In this document: in pieces, positions 28,670 through 39,364 of the stretch
Layout: each line of letters begins with the position of its first letter
How positions within the stretch are numbered: the stretch's first letter is position 1
Assembly (NCBI GenBank): GCA_965214605.1
Contig: OZ243961.1
Span: forward strand, 3,648,001-3,712,000
DNA length: 64,000 nt
Source: an uncultured Candidatus Binatia bacterium
GTDB taxonomy: Bacteria; Desulfobacterota; Binatia; Bin18
Reading direction: 5' to 3'
Made by a program: the position numbers and the translations under genes
The notes under the pieces: model-generated
Databases searched by the model: none
What the model saw: the letters and a program-made list of their open reading frames with translations, nothing else
Told to the model about the DNA's origin: nothing

Positions 28670-31332
28670 CGTCCTCCCACTCGAAGCCGGTCCGCAGGTA
28701 GTAGAAGCCGCCGTCATAGCCATGAGGTGTGGGGGTATTTCTGGCCAGAGGCGCGGACGTAAGGGTTTTTGGTCGGATAGGCATCGAGCAGATTTTGCGC
28801 GCCGGCGGCCAGCGTCAGGCCAAGATCGAACAAGGTGTACGAGACTTCGAGGTCGAGCAGGGCCCGGGCATGCGTGTAGATGGGCTGGGCCTCGTTATTC
28901 TGATGTCGCTCGGTGAAGCCGCCATAATAGTTGCAGCCGGGAGAGAAGCCGCCACGGCCTCCAGGTATGGTTTGCGGTCAGCGAGAAACGAAACTCCGGC
29001 GCCAACTCCTCAAGCTGATGTTTACGCAACGAGCCGATGACGTTCGTATTGATCGAATCACGATTGATCTTGGTGTCGTTCCAGTTGCCGGCCAGGGTCC
29101 ACGTAGTCCGACCAAAGCGGCCGCGGAACAGGCTCATGGGGGAGGCGGCCACCAGGTCAAGGCCTTGAGTGTAGGTTGCAAACGCGTTGGCAGAGAACTG
29201 CACTCTAGCCCCCCGGCCAGCGTCGGTTCCCCGGACCGCCAGCGCAGTGACCTCCTCAGGGGTGACGGCCAGATCCTCACCCAAGTTGATGCGGTTTCTG
29301 CCCTCGATGTTGTAGGAGTCCAGGGTAACGGCCAGCTCGCCGAAGATCAGCACAGCGCCTAGCGAAAAGGACAGAGAGGTCTCTGGACTGAGCAGCTTGG
29401 CCCCTTGCTGCTGGGCAATCGGATCATCGGCAGGATTGAGGATTCAATGAGGTTGCCGTCATCGCCCAGGATGGTGGCGGTGTCCCGGAAGCTGGTCTGC
29501 CCCACGGTCGGGGCCGAAAGCCGGTGCCAATGGAGCCACGCACTGCCAGTAGGTCTACGAGCAGCTCCCAGCGGGCAGCTAGCTTACCGTCCGGGGTTTC
29601 ACCAATGCCCTCATGGTGCTCAAAGTGTCCCGCGGCGGTCAGCAGCAGGCCTTCGATAAGGTCGGTTTCCAGGTCGAGATAGGCCCCGAAGCTGCCTCGG
29701 TCGGCGTTTGAGGTCTCCTCGGGCCGGATGCCGGGATAGCCGGTGGTGCCGATGAAAAATCCCTGCTGGGCAAGGCCGTTCGGGTGCTGAGTCCCGTCGC
29801 ACTCGCCGGTGTCGTCCACACACCAGGCGGACTGTTCTCCGGCTTCAATTGTGAAGGCTTCTTCGCGGTACTCCAGGCCAAAGGCGACATTCAGCGGGGA
29901 GGTGAGGATACCCAGGTCGAATGGGCGGGAGAAGTCGGGATTGAAGATCTTGTCCCGCTCCTCGTAGGCGCGGCCAAAGTATTGGGTCTGTATCGCGTCT
30001 CTGAGCCGGACTCGCTGTAGATTGACGTTGTTCCAGAGGGTGTAGGTCCCGCGGTGCTGGCCGAACACTGCGCTCATGTCATAGTACCAGCCGTCAAGCA
30101 GAGAGGGGCCGCGCCACTGACCGCGCAGGCCAAAGGCGATGCTCCAGTCTCTTCCCTTGGCCCGCATCCGGGGGATGAAGCCGCCCGGAAACCGTTGGCC
30201 TAGTCAGTAGCAGTCGGGACCCAGCCGACTCAGGACGGCCTTGGCATCTTGGTGGTGCTCGCGCCCGGTGATGTCCTTGGGGCAGTCGCCGCTTTGGCCC
30301 TCCGGCGATAGGCCGGCAATCAACAGGCTGGCAGCCGGCCGCCAGCCTCCAGCAGGGCTACGGGGGTCGGTGAACACGCCCGGCCGGCCGATCGGGCTGC
30401 GCCAGTACCACGAGTCGTCGACCTCGCGTTCCATCCAGTTTCCAAAGGCGTAGAGGTGGTGATTGACGCCGAGGTTGAGCCCGAGGCTGCCGAAGAACTT
30501 ATAGTCGTACCTCACGTCCGGTGCACCCCATACGGTGGAGGCCGAGCGGCGGACATGCTCGTTACCGCTGCGAATCAACTCTCGCGCGTCGCTGCGCCGG
30601 ACACTGCGGCTGGTTGAGTCAGTGTTGGTGAATTCAAAGCTGAGGTTGGCAAAGCCAGTGTCGGTCAAGGGGAGGCCGATGTTGGCCGCCCGTGCTCACT
30701 AGGTCACCGTCGCCCTGGTAGTACTGGCCCCAGCGGGCTTCCGAGCGTGCCGCCCTCGGGGGCGTCGTGCAGGACAAAGTTGAGCACCCCGGCTACGGCG
30801 TCGGAGCCATACTGAGCCGCGGCCTCGTCGCGCAGGACTTCGACCCGTTTGCGGGCGATGGTCGGAATGGCGCTGAGATCGGCTCCGTGTGAGCCGTCGG
30901 TCAACTCGAAGGTGAAGAAGCTGATGGCCGACGAGCGGTGGCGGCGCTTGCCGTTAACCAGCACCTAGGGTGGAGTCCGGCGGCAGGCCGCGTAGTTTGG
31001 CTGGCCGGACCAGAACGTTGACGTCGCCGATGGAGTGCTGGCTGACGTTCTAGGATGGAATGGCGGCGGCCAGCAGGCTGTTCAGGTCACGCACGCCGTA
31101 CTGGAAGTCGTCCGTATTCATCACGTCTACCGGCACGGGCGCATCTACGGCCGAACGGCCCAGCAGACGGGAGCCAACCACCCTGAAGGTATCGAGCCCA
31201 ACGACTGGCGCGTCCCGGTCCGTGGGCTGCTCAGCGTCTTGTGCGGTGTTCTGGGCATTGGCCTACAGTTATCAAGGTGGTGAGACTCGTGGCCCTAGCC
31301 CATTGTCGCTATCGTGGCCGCCTATGTTTCAT
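28670..31332 (-). pseudogene. Degraded TonB-dependent receptor, tandem paralog of 31430-34009
   Basis: Colinear fragments matching the intact neighbour (VNGKRRHRSSAI, QYGSDAVAGVLNFVL, FANLSFEFTN, GLEYREE, GGFYYLRTGFEW) broken by stops (TAC->TAG at 31050-31052) and frameshifts. Confidence 0.92.
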
Positions 31333-31429
31333 CGCGTCTCCTGCTCAACGTCCTGCTTTCGTTCCTGCCTTAGAGAGGGCAGGCCCCAACGGAGGGGCTT
31401 AGGTCTGTCATTGCCACCATGTCTCCAGC

Positions 31430-34009
31430 TTATCCCCACTCAAAGCCGGCCCGCACATAGTAGTACCCACCGTTGAACCCGTAGGGCGAGGTGACCGGGT
31501 ATTTTTCGCCAAAGACAGTAGCGCCCCGATTTTTGGTCGGATAGGTGTCAAACAGGTTTTGGACCCCGAAGGCTAGCGTGAGGCCAGTATCCAGGAAGAG
31601 ATAGGAGGCTTCCAGGTCAAGCAACGCTCGGGCGTGGGCATGGGTACGATCGCGGAGCGTAGACAGGCCTGGGAAGCTGTGGAAGTCGTCATAGTAGTGC
31701 AGCCGACTGAGGAGCCGCCATGGACCCCAACGGTGGTCCACACTGAGCGTGAAGCGGAACTCTGGATCGATCTCCTCAAGATGGGCCACATGGTAGTCAC
31801 GCAGGGCCGGGCCATGTTTATCGACCTTGGAGTTGTTCCAGTTGCCGGCAAAGGTGAACAGAGTCCTGCCGCTGAACCAGTCCAGGGGATAGGTGGCCAC
31901 CACATCAACCCCCTGGGTGGTGGAATCAAAGTCGTTGGTGAAATAGCGCACCAGGCTCAGGCTGGAGAAGTCGATACCAGCGGCCCTCAACGCGGCCCGA
32001 TCGGCGTCGGTCAGCTGCAGATCTCCACTCTGGAAAATCCGTTTTCGGATCTTGATATTGTAGTAGTCGGCCGTCACCGACAGCCCGCCGAGGGTTAACA
32101 CGGCGCCGACGCTGAAACTGGTCGAGTGTTCGGGCTTGAGCGGTTTGGCGCCCATTTGTCGGGCGATCGGATGGTCCACGGGAAGGGTGACGACTTCGGC
32201 CAGAACCCCCTTAGTGCGGTCTACGCCGGTGGTTGCCCGCCGGTAGTTGACCTGTCCGACGGTCGGAGCCCGAAAGCCGGTGCCGACCGAGCCACGCACG
32301 GCCACATAGTCCTTGAGCACTTCCCAGCGAGCGGCCACTTTGCCGACCAGAGAGTCGCCTATCCCTTCGTGGTTCTCATAGCGGCCGGCTGCGGTGAGCA
32401 GGACATCCTCAATAACATCGGCTTCAAAATCGAGATAAGCGCCAAAGATGCCCCGGCTCGCTACCCCTCCGTCCCTCGGCGGCGTGCCCTGCTGGCCGGT
32501 GACGCCGTTCAAAAACCCCTGGGCTACGAGCGTTTCGTCGCGGAACCAGGAGGCGGGTTCGCCGGTTTCATTCTCGAATTCTTCCTCGCGGTACTCCAGG
32601 CCGAGGGCAAGATTGAGCGGGGAATAAAAGAGGCCGAGGTCGAGCGGCCTGGACAGGGCGACGTTGAATATCATGTCCTGTTCGGTATAGCCCGAGACTC
32701 TGTACTCGGTCGGAATTGCCGCTCCGAGGCGGAGCAGGTTCGGGTTAACGCTGTTCCTGACCCGGCCGACGATGCGGTGCTGGCCGAACACCCCGCTCAT
32801 GTCGTACCGCCAGCCGTCAAGCAGTGGGGAGGCGCTGCGCAGCCTGCCGCGCAGGCCGAGAGCGATGCTCCAGTCCGTCACCGTGCCATTCCAGCGGGGC
32901 GTGAACCCGCCCGGAAAGTGTAAGAACAGGGTATCGCAGTTGGGGTTGGCCCGAACCTCGGCCAGCTTGGCCGGATCGGGACGATAGTTTTCTGTTGGGA
33001 CCCGAGGACAGCCACCTGACAGGTCGGGAGTCAGGTTGGCAATCAAGAGGTCGGCGTTCGGACCCCCGCCGTTATTGGGGCCGAAGGGATCGGTGAACAC
33101 CTGGGCGAAGTTTGTAGGGTGGCGATAAAACCAGGAATCTTCAAGCTCGCGTTGCGCGTAGTTGCCAAACGCATAGACGTGGTGATGGTCGCTGAGGTCA
33201 AGCCCAAGGTTGCCGAAGAACTTGTAGTCATAGTGCAGATCGGGCGCGCCCCACACCTGGGCCGCCGATCTGCGCACGTAGTCGTTGCCTGTGGCGATGA
33301 GCCGCAGGGCGTCTTCGCGCTGGACGCTGCGGTTGGTCGAGTCGGCGTTGGTGAACTCAAAGCTGAGGTTGGCAAAGCCAGCCTCTGTCAACGGCAGGCC
33401 GACGTTGGCCGCCACATTTCCTAGGTCGCCGTCGCCGTGGTAGTGCTGGCCGAGCCGGGTCTCCAGGGTGAGGCCCTCGGCGTCATCGCGCAGGACAAAG
33501 TTGAGCACGCCGGCTACCGCGTCTGAGCCGTACTGGGCCGCGGCTCCGTCGCGTAGGACTTCGATCCGCTTGAGGGCAATGGCCGGGATGGAGGCAATGT
33601 CAGGCCCGTGCGAGCCACGCGCCCGGCCCCGGCTCCAGACGGTAATGGCCGACGAGCGGTGGCGGCGTTTGCCGTTGACCAACACCAGGGTGGAGTCTGG
33701 TGGTAGGCCACGCAATTTGGCCGGCCGGACCAGCGTGTCCTGGCTGCCGATGGAGTGCTGGGAGATGTTGTAGGATGGGATGGTAGCGGCCAGCAGATTA
33801 TTCATATCCCGGATGCCGTAGGTCTGGAGGTCTTCTCCCTGGATCACATCAACCGGAACCGGGGCGTCCTGCGCCGAGCGTCCCGGAAGCCGCGAGCCGA
33901 CCACCTGAAGTTCTCCGAGCTCAACGACCGTCTCTTGTGCTCTTGCCGGCGCTGAACCGATCACAACCATGAGGCCGACCAAGACTCCGTGTTGCCACAA
34001 TTTCTTCAT
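31430..34009 (-). CDS. TonB-dependent outer-membrane receptor
   Basis: Signal peptide, plug motifs LRGLPPDSTLVLVNGKRRH and IEVLRDGAAAQYGSDAVAGV, beta-barrel, C-terminal YVRAGFEWG. Confidence 0.93.
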   Translation of the reverse strand: MKKLWQHGVLVGLMVVIGSAPARAQETVVELGELQVVGSRLPGRSAQDAPVPVDVIQGEDLQTYGIRDMNNLLAATIPSYNISQHSIGSQDTLVRPAKLRGLPPDSTLVLVNGKRRHRSSAITVWSRGRARGSHGPDIASIPAIALKRIEVLRDGAAAQYGSDAVAGVLNFVLRDDAEGLTLETRLGQHYHGDGDLGNVAANVGLPLTEAGFANLSFEFTNADSTNRSVQREDALRLIATGNDYVRRSAAQVWGAPDLHYDYKFFGNLGLDLSDHHHVYAFGNYAQRELEDSWFYRHPTNFAQVFTDPFGPNNGGGPNADLLIANLTPDLSGGCPRVPTENYRPDPAKLAEVRANPNCDTLFLHFPGGFTPRWNGTVTDWSIALGLRGRLRSASPLLDGWRYDMSGVFGQHRIVGRVRNSVNPNLLRLGAAIPTEYRVSGYTEQDMIFNVALSRPLDLGLFYSPLNLALGLEYREEEFENETGEPASWFRDETLVAQGFLNGVTGQQGTPPRDGGVASRGIFGAYLDFEADVIEDVLLTAAGRYENHEGIGDSLVGKVAARWEVLKDYVAVRGSVGTGFRAPTVGQVNYRRATTGVDRTKGVLAEVVTLPVDHPIARQMGAKPLKPEHSTSFSVGAVLTLGGLSVTADYYNIKIRKRIFQSGDLQLTDADRAALRAAGIDFSSLSLVRYFTNDFDSTTQGVDVVATYPLDWFSGRTLFTFAGNWNNSKVDKHGPALRDYHVAHLEEIDPEFRFTLSVDHRWGPWRLLSRLHYYDDFHSFPGLSTLRDRTHAHARALLDLEASYLFLDTGLTLAFGVQNLFDTYPTKNRGATVFGEKYPVTSPYGFNGGYYYVRAGFEWG

Positions 34010-34218
34010 ATCCGCTTCCTATACGCACGCTTATGATGTCTCAAGCTCTCAGTGCTTGCAGAAGCTTGCCAGAGTTGCGGAGTGTCTGGAAGGTGCCGCG
34101 TAGGGAAGCGTGATGTCTGGTCGCTGTCTTGGTCATGAGGGAACTGAAATACGTTGCTGGGATAGGTCCTCTCTGGTATTCTCTGCCCCTCTTGCTTCGT
34201 CTGTTGAGGTTATTGAAG

Positions 34219-35970
34219 ATGTCGACCACCCCTGCAGGCCACAACCCTAATATCCGCTACGAACCCAACGAACAGCCTTCGCATCTCTTGTCCCTGAGTC
34301 TCGGTTTCCAGTACGCTATGCTGCTCCTCGCGGCTATTGTGTTGACCCCGGCCATTGTGATGCGGGCAGCCAGCCAGAGTGAGAGCTATCTGTCCTGGGC
34401 AGTCTTTGCGGCACTGATCATCAGCGGACTGACGACCGTCCTTCAGGCCGTCCGGCTGGGGCGCATCGGATCCGGCCATGTCCTCATCATGGGGACCTCG
34501 GCCACCTTTATTTCTGTCTCCATCACGGCCTTGGTGGAGGGGGGGCCAGCCCTGCTGGCAAGCCTCATTGTCGTCTCGTCGCTGTTCCAGTTCGCGCTAG
34601 CGGCCTGGCTATCATTGCTGCGGCGGATCATCACGCCGGTTGTCACCGGTACGGTCATTGCCCTCATCTCTGTCACCATCATGCCGGTCATGTTCAACCT
34701 GTTGACCGACGTGCCCGAGGGAACGCCGCCAGCCGCGGCTCCGATAAGCGCCGCGACCACCCTGATTACTGTCGTGGCCCTGGCTCTGCGCGCCTCGGGC
34801 GTCTGGCGGCTGTGGGCGCCGGTCATTGGCATTGCCGTGGGCTGTCTCGTCGCCTCGCCGTTTGGGCTCTACGACTTCGAACGGGTGAGCGCCGCGGCCT
34901 GGATCGGCCTGCCGGCGTTTGCCTGGCCGGGCTTTGATATGAGGTTTGGGGTTGAGTTCTGGGCGCTGTTGCCGGCGTTTGTATTTGTGACCCTGGTTGG
35001 CGCTATTGAGACGGTCGGTGATGCTGTGGCCATTCAGCGGGTCTCGTGGCGTACGCCGCAGGCGATCAGTTTCCGGACGGTCCAGGGCGCGGTCACCGCC
35101 GACGGCGTGGGCAACCTGCTGTCCGGCGTTGCCGCCACCGTGCCGAATACGACCTACTCCTCAAGCGTACCGCTCGTTGAGCTGACCGGAGTTGGCGCTC
35201 GCAGCGTTGGCGCCAGTGTCGGTATTGCCTTCGTCACGCTGGCGTTTCTCCCCAAGGCCACCGCTCTCCTGCTGGCTATTCCAGGCCCGGTCGTCGCCGC
35301 CTATGCTTTTGTCCTGCTGGGGCTGCTGTTCATACAGGGCATGAAGCTCATAGTCCAGGACGATATTGATTATCGCAAGGCCACAGTGGCCGGGGTCGCC
35401 TTCTGGTTGGGAGTAGGATTTCAGAATCAGGCAATTTTCGCTGACTATCTCGGCGAGGCGTGGAGCGTACTGCTCGGCAACGGTATGACAATGGGCGGCT
35501 TTGCGGCGATTGTCCTCACGCTGTTCATAGAACTGACCGGCCCGCGCCGCCAGCGTATCGAAATGGAACTGGATGTCGCCGTCCTGCCAAAGGTCGAGGA
35601 TTTTCTGCGTCGGCTAGCCTCGCGCCTGGGCTGGAACGCCGAGGCAACAGAGCGGCTGTGCTCGGCTGGCGAAGAGACCCTGCTCACCCTCCTTCAGCAC
35701 GAAGAGGGCAAGCCGGTGAGGACGGATCAGCGTCTGCTGCTGGTCGCGCGCGGCGACCGGAGCGCCGCGGAATTGGAGTTTGTGGCGGCAGCTGGCGAAG
35801 AAAACCTTGAGGACCGGCTGGTGCTCCTCGGCGAGCGGGCCGCTGGGACGCCAGCCGAGAACGAGCTCTCGCTACGCCTGCTGCGGCATTTCGCCTCGTC
35901 GGTCCGCCATCAGCAGTACCACGACACGGACATTATAACGGTCCGGGTCGTGGCTGCTGGGGCGAGATAG
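34219..35970 (+). CDS. NCS2 (xanthine/uracil) permease with C-terminal soluble RsbW/HATPase-like extension
   Basis: NCS2 motifs (LGFQY, SGLTTVLQ, PVVTGTVI, ETVGD, ADGVG) over ~440 aa, then ~145 aa hydrophilic domain. Confidence 0.85.
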   Translation: MSTTPAGHNPNIRYEPNEQPSHLLSLSLGFQYAMLLLAAIVLTPAIVMRAASQSESYLSWAVFAALIISGLTTVLQAVRLGRIGSGHVLIMGTSATFISVSITALVEGGPALLASLIVVSSLFQFALAAWLSLLRRIITPVVTGTVIALISVTIMPVMFNLLTDVPEGTPPAAAPISAATTLITVVALALRASGVWRLWAPVIGIAVGCLVASPFGLYDFERVSAAAWIGLPAFAWPGFDMRFGVEFWALLPAFVFVTLVGAIETVGDAVAIQRVSWRTPQAISFRTVQGAVTADGVGNLLSGVAATVPNTTYSSSVPLVELTGVGARSVGASVGIAFVTLAFLPKATALLLAIPGPVVAAYAFVLLGLLFIQGMKLIVQDDIDYRKATVAGVAFWLGVGFQNQAIFADYLGEAWSVLLGNGMTMGGFAAIVLTLFIELTGPRRQRIEMELDVAVLPKVEDFLRRLASRLGWNAEATERLCSAGEETLLTLLQHEEGKPVRTDQRLLLVARGDRSAAELEFVAAAGEENLEDRLVLLGERAAGTPAENELSLRLLRHFASSVRHQQYHDTDIITVRVVAAGAR

Positions 35971-36159
35971 GTCAACCGACCGGAGAATCTGTCTTCCGTT
36001 TTTTCGACACGTCTTCTGCTCAGTGTTCTGAAACCCTATATTTTTCAGACGCCTATCTTCGCCACTTCGTCAGCAGCCCCGGGGGACGCCCTGTCTTCTC
36101 CAGCCTTGATGTGCTAAGCACAGAGTTAGACACTTACATCGCGCAGGAGGGGCATTCTC

Positions 36160-36912
36160 ATGTCAGGCCACTCTAAATGGAGCACGATCAAACACAAAAA
36201 GGCGGTCAAGGATGCGCGCCGGGGTAAGCTCTTTAACAAACTCATTAAGGACTTAAGCATTGCGGCTCGCATCGGCGGCAGTGACGCCTCCGCCAACCCG
36301 CGCTTGCGCACGGCCCTGGCCGCGGCTAGGGCTGCCAGTATGCCGAACGACACAATTGAGCGGGCGATCAAAAAAGGCGCCGGCGAACTTGAAGGCGTGA
36401 GCTATGAGGAGGTTGTCTATGAGGGCCACGGCCCGGGTGGAGTAGCAATCATGCTGCAGGTCCTGACCGATAACAAGAACCGGACGGTTGCCGAGATTCG
36501 TCATTCTCTCACCAAGTATGGCGGCAGCCTAGGGACCTCAAATTCGGTCGCCTGGATGTTTGATAAAAAAGGCATTATTGCAGTTGAAGCTGAGCAGGTT
36601 GACGAAGACCAGCTGATGGAAATCGTGCTGGAGGCCGGAGCTGAAGACGTGAGCGGCGGCGAGGGCAGCTTTGAGGTAGTGACGAGCCCTGAGGATTTTA
36701 GTGCCGTGCACGCCGCCCTTGAGCAGGCCGGCTTGGCCATGCAGTCGGCTGAGGTAACGCTCGTCCCTCAGAGCACGGTCAGCCTCTCCGGCAAAGAGGC
36801 CGAACAGGTGTATAAACTGCTCGATGTGTTGCAGGAACACGACGATATCCAGAGTGTAGCCGCCAACTGCGAATTCTCTGAAGAGGATTTTGAGCGCTTG
36901 AGCGCAGCCTAA
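36160..36912 (+). CDS. yebC: YebC/PmpR family protein
   Basis: MSGHSKWSTIKHKK, NPRLR, YEGHGPGG, TDNKNRT. Confidence 0.96.
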   Translation: MSGHSKWSTIKHKKAVKDARRGKLFNKLIKDLSIAARIGGSDASANPRLRTALAAARAASMPNDTIERAIKKGAGELEGVSYEEVVYEGHGPGGVAIMLQVLTDNKNRTVAEIRHSLTKYGGSLGTSNSVAWMFDKKGIIAVEAEQVDEDQLMEIVLEAGAEDVSGGEGSFEVVTSPEDFSAVHAALEQAGLAMQSAEVTLVPQSTVSLSGKEAEQVYKLLDVLQEHDDIQSVAANCEFSEEDFERLSAA

Positions 36913-37009
36913 CAGGCCGGTGCCAACAGATGGGTAGGAGGGAAAAGCTTTTCAGCGTCAGGGTTGATGATTACTAACATGCCGATGAGTTGGGGCAGGA
37001 GGAGGACAG

Positions 37010-37642
37010 GTGCGACGCACGGAAGAAATAGAGCGGGTGCTTGGAGTAGACCCTGGAACGTTGCGGACCGGTTGGGGCATTGTTGACCGCCATCGACAAC
37101 TCACTTTTTGTGCCGGAGGCGTTGTCTCAACCGCTGGCTTCTCATCTCTACCAGAACGGCTGCGGGTCGTGTATGCAGGAATCGTCGAGGTAATTGAGCA
37201 GTGGACTCCCCACACTCTGAGTTTGGAAAAAGCGTTTGTGGCCCATAATGTGCAAAGCGCCTTTCGGCTTGGAGAAGCCAGGGGCGTCATCCTGCTCGCT
37301 GCGGCTCAGGCCGGGCTGCAAATCTCCGAGTATAACCCGACCGAAATTAAAACGGCCGTAGTCGGCTATGGCCGTGCGGATAAGACGCAGGTACAGAAAG
37401 CCGTGTTTTCTCTCTTAGGCAGTGAGACATCGGCCTTGCCAACTAGCCAGGACGCGACAGATGCCCTAGCCGCGGCGGTGTGTCACTGTCATACCTCGCC
37501 GCTGGCGGATCAGATTCAGACCCAGCTGGCCGCGGCGACGGGCCGTCGGGGTAAACGACGTCTGCGCTCGTGGCGTCAAGTTTCTGCCGATAGTCTCGAT
37601 CCTAAGCTGTTGGTCAGGGAGTGGGGAAGAGGCCGGAACTGA
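37010..37642 (+). CDS. ruvC: Holliday junction resolvase RuvC
   Basis: LGVDPG, LGEARG, VGYGRADKTQV, DATDALA. Confidence 0.95.
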   Translation: MRRTEEIERVLGVDPGTLRTGWGIVDRHRQLTFCAGGVVSTAGFSSLPERLRVVYAGIVEVIEQWTPHTLSLEKAFVAHNVQSAFRLGEARGVILLAAAQAGLQISEYNPTEIKTAVVGYGRADKTQVQKAVFSLLGSETSALPTSQDATDALAAAVCHCHTSPLADQIQTQLAAATGRRGKRRLRSWRQVSADSLDPKLLVREWGRGRN

Positions 37643-37664
37643 GCAGCGGGGATCGGGGCGGACA

Positions 37665-38255
37665 ATGATTGCGCATCTGAGCGGAGTACTCGAAGACAAA
37701 GCCCCGGATCAACTGATTGTCGATGTCGGTGGGGTGGGGTACCTAGTGTTCGTTTCGCTCCAAACTTTCTATCGTCTGCCTGAGTCGGGGCAGCGGATCC
37801 GTCTACATATCCATACCCATGTGCGTGAAGACGCCTTGCAGCTCTTTGGCTTCCTCGACGAGCAGGAAAAGGCCGACTTCGTGTTACTCAAAGGGGTCAG
37901 CGGAATTGGCCCCCGGCTGGCGGTCAACATCTTGTCCGGTATCCCGGTTGAGGAGCTAGAAGACGCCCTGCGGGCTGGGGATGTGACCCGGCTGCTGGCT
38001 ATCCCCGGGGTTGGGCGGAAAATGGCTGAGCGTCTGGTGGTTGAGCTGCGTGAAAAGGTCGGGACCTCTCCCGGAAGCGACGCCGTGGCTATCCCGGACG
38101 CCGAGCCGGCGGTTTCTGCGGACGCGGTCTCGGCTCTTATCAATCTGGGCTATCGTCAGGCCCAGGCCGAAAAAGCGGTCCAGCACGCACTCCGCGATGG
38201 GCGGTCCACACTGACCGGTATTATTCAGGAATCACTACGGAGTCTGAGCGGGTGA
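37665..38255 (+). CDS. ruvA: Holliday junction branch migration protein RuvA
   Basis: [31 protein letters not shown]. Confidence 0.96.
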   Translation: MIAHLSGVLEDKAPDQLIVDVGGVGYLVFVSLQTFYRLPESGQRIRLHIHTHVREDALQLFGFLDEQEKADFVLLKGVSGIGPRLAVNILSGIPVEELEDALRAGDVTRLLAIPGVGRKMAERLVVELREKVGTSPGSDAVAIPDAEPAVSADAVSALINLGYRQAQAEKAVQHALRDGRSTLTGIIQESLRSLSG

Positions 38256-39334
38256 GTAAGCCGAAAGAATCCTCCAGAGCCTCTGTCCTTGATCTGAACG
38301 CGCCGCTCGACGCTGTCGAGGATACAGCCACCGGCGAGAGTGGCGGCGAAGCGCGGCTAGAGGGCTCGCTGCGCCCCCGCAGCCTGGACGACTATATCGG
38401 TCAGGAGAGTACCAAACAGAATCTGCATATCGCTATCCAAGCCGCCAAACAGCGAGACGATGTGCTTGACCACCTACTGTTCTACGGCCCTCCAGGGCTG
38501 GGCAAGACCTCGCTGGCCCATATTATCGCCCGGGAAATGGGGGTGGATATTCGGGCCACGACCGGGCCGGTCATTGAGCGGCCCGGTGACCTAGCGGCCA
38601 TCTTGACCAACCTGGAAGACGGCGATGTGTTGTTTATTGATGAAATTCACCGTCTCAACCGAGTGGTGGAAGAATTTTTGTATCCAGCCATGGAAGATTT
38701 TCAGCTGGACCTAGTGGTCGGCCAGGGCCCCTCGGCCCGCACCGTCAAGCTCTCGCTCAAACACTTCACCCTGGTGGGTGCGACCACCCGCTCGGGCCTG
38801 CTGACCTCGCCTCTGCGCGACCGCTTTGGCTCGACCTTTCGCCTGGACTTTTACCGGGCGGCCGAACTCGAACAGATCGTTCGCCGCTCGGCTTCCATTC
38901 TAAATATGACGATTGACTCCGACGGCGTGACTGAGATTGCCCGCCGCTCGCGCGGCACGCCGCGCATCGCCAATCGTTTGCTGCGGCGGGTGCGCGACTT
39001 CGCCCAGGTCAAGGCCGACTCGGTGGTCAGCCGGGAGGTGGCCTGGGATGCGCTGCAGCTGCTAGAAGTGGACGAGGTCGGCTTTGACAAAATGGACCGA
39101 GCCGTCCTATTGACGATTATTGATAAATTCCAGGGTGGCCCGGTCGGAATCGAAACCATCGCCGCAGCCATTGGCGAAGAGAAAAACACCATCGAAGACG
39201 TGTATGAGCCGTATCTGATCCAGGAGGGCTATCTACAGCGTACTTCCCGCGGGCGGCTAGCAACTCTGAAAGCCTACACCCATTTTGGCCGAACCAGCAG
39301 TGCGGACGGCTCGGGTCGGGGTCATCTGTTCTAA
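38252..39334 (+). CDS. ruvB: Holliday junction branch migration helicase RuvB
   Basis: [37 protein letters not shown]. Confidence 0.97.
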   Translation: MSKPKESSRASVLDLNAPLDAVEDTATGESGGEARLEGSLRPRSLDDYIGQESTKQNLHIAIQAAKQRDDVLDHLLFYGPPGLGKTSLAHIIAREMGVDIRATTGPVIERPGDLAAILTNLEDGDVLFIDEIHRLNRVVEEFLYPAMEDFQLDLVVGQGPSARTVKLSLKHFTLVGATTRSGLLTSPLRDRFGSTFRLDFYRAAELEQIVRRSASILNMTIDSDGVTEIARRSRGTPRIANRLLRRVRDFAQVKADSVVSREVAWDALQLLEVDEVGFDKMDRAVLLTIIDKFQGGPVGIETIAAAIGEEKNTIEDVYEPYLIQEGYLQRTSRGRLATLKAYTHFGRTSSADGSGRGHLF

Positions 39335-39364
39335 ATTTCTCGAACGTCAAGGAGTTGAGACGCT

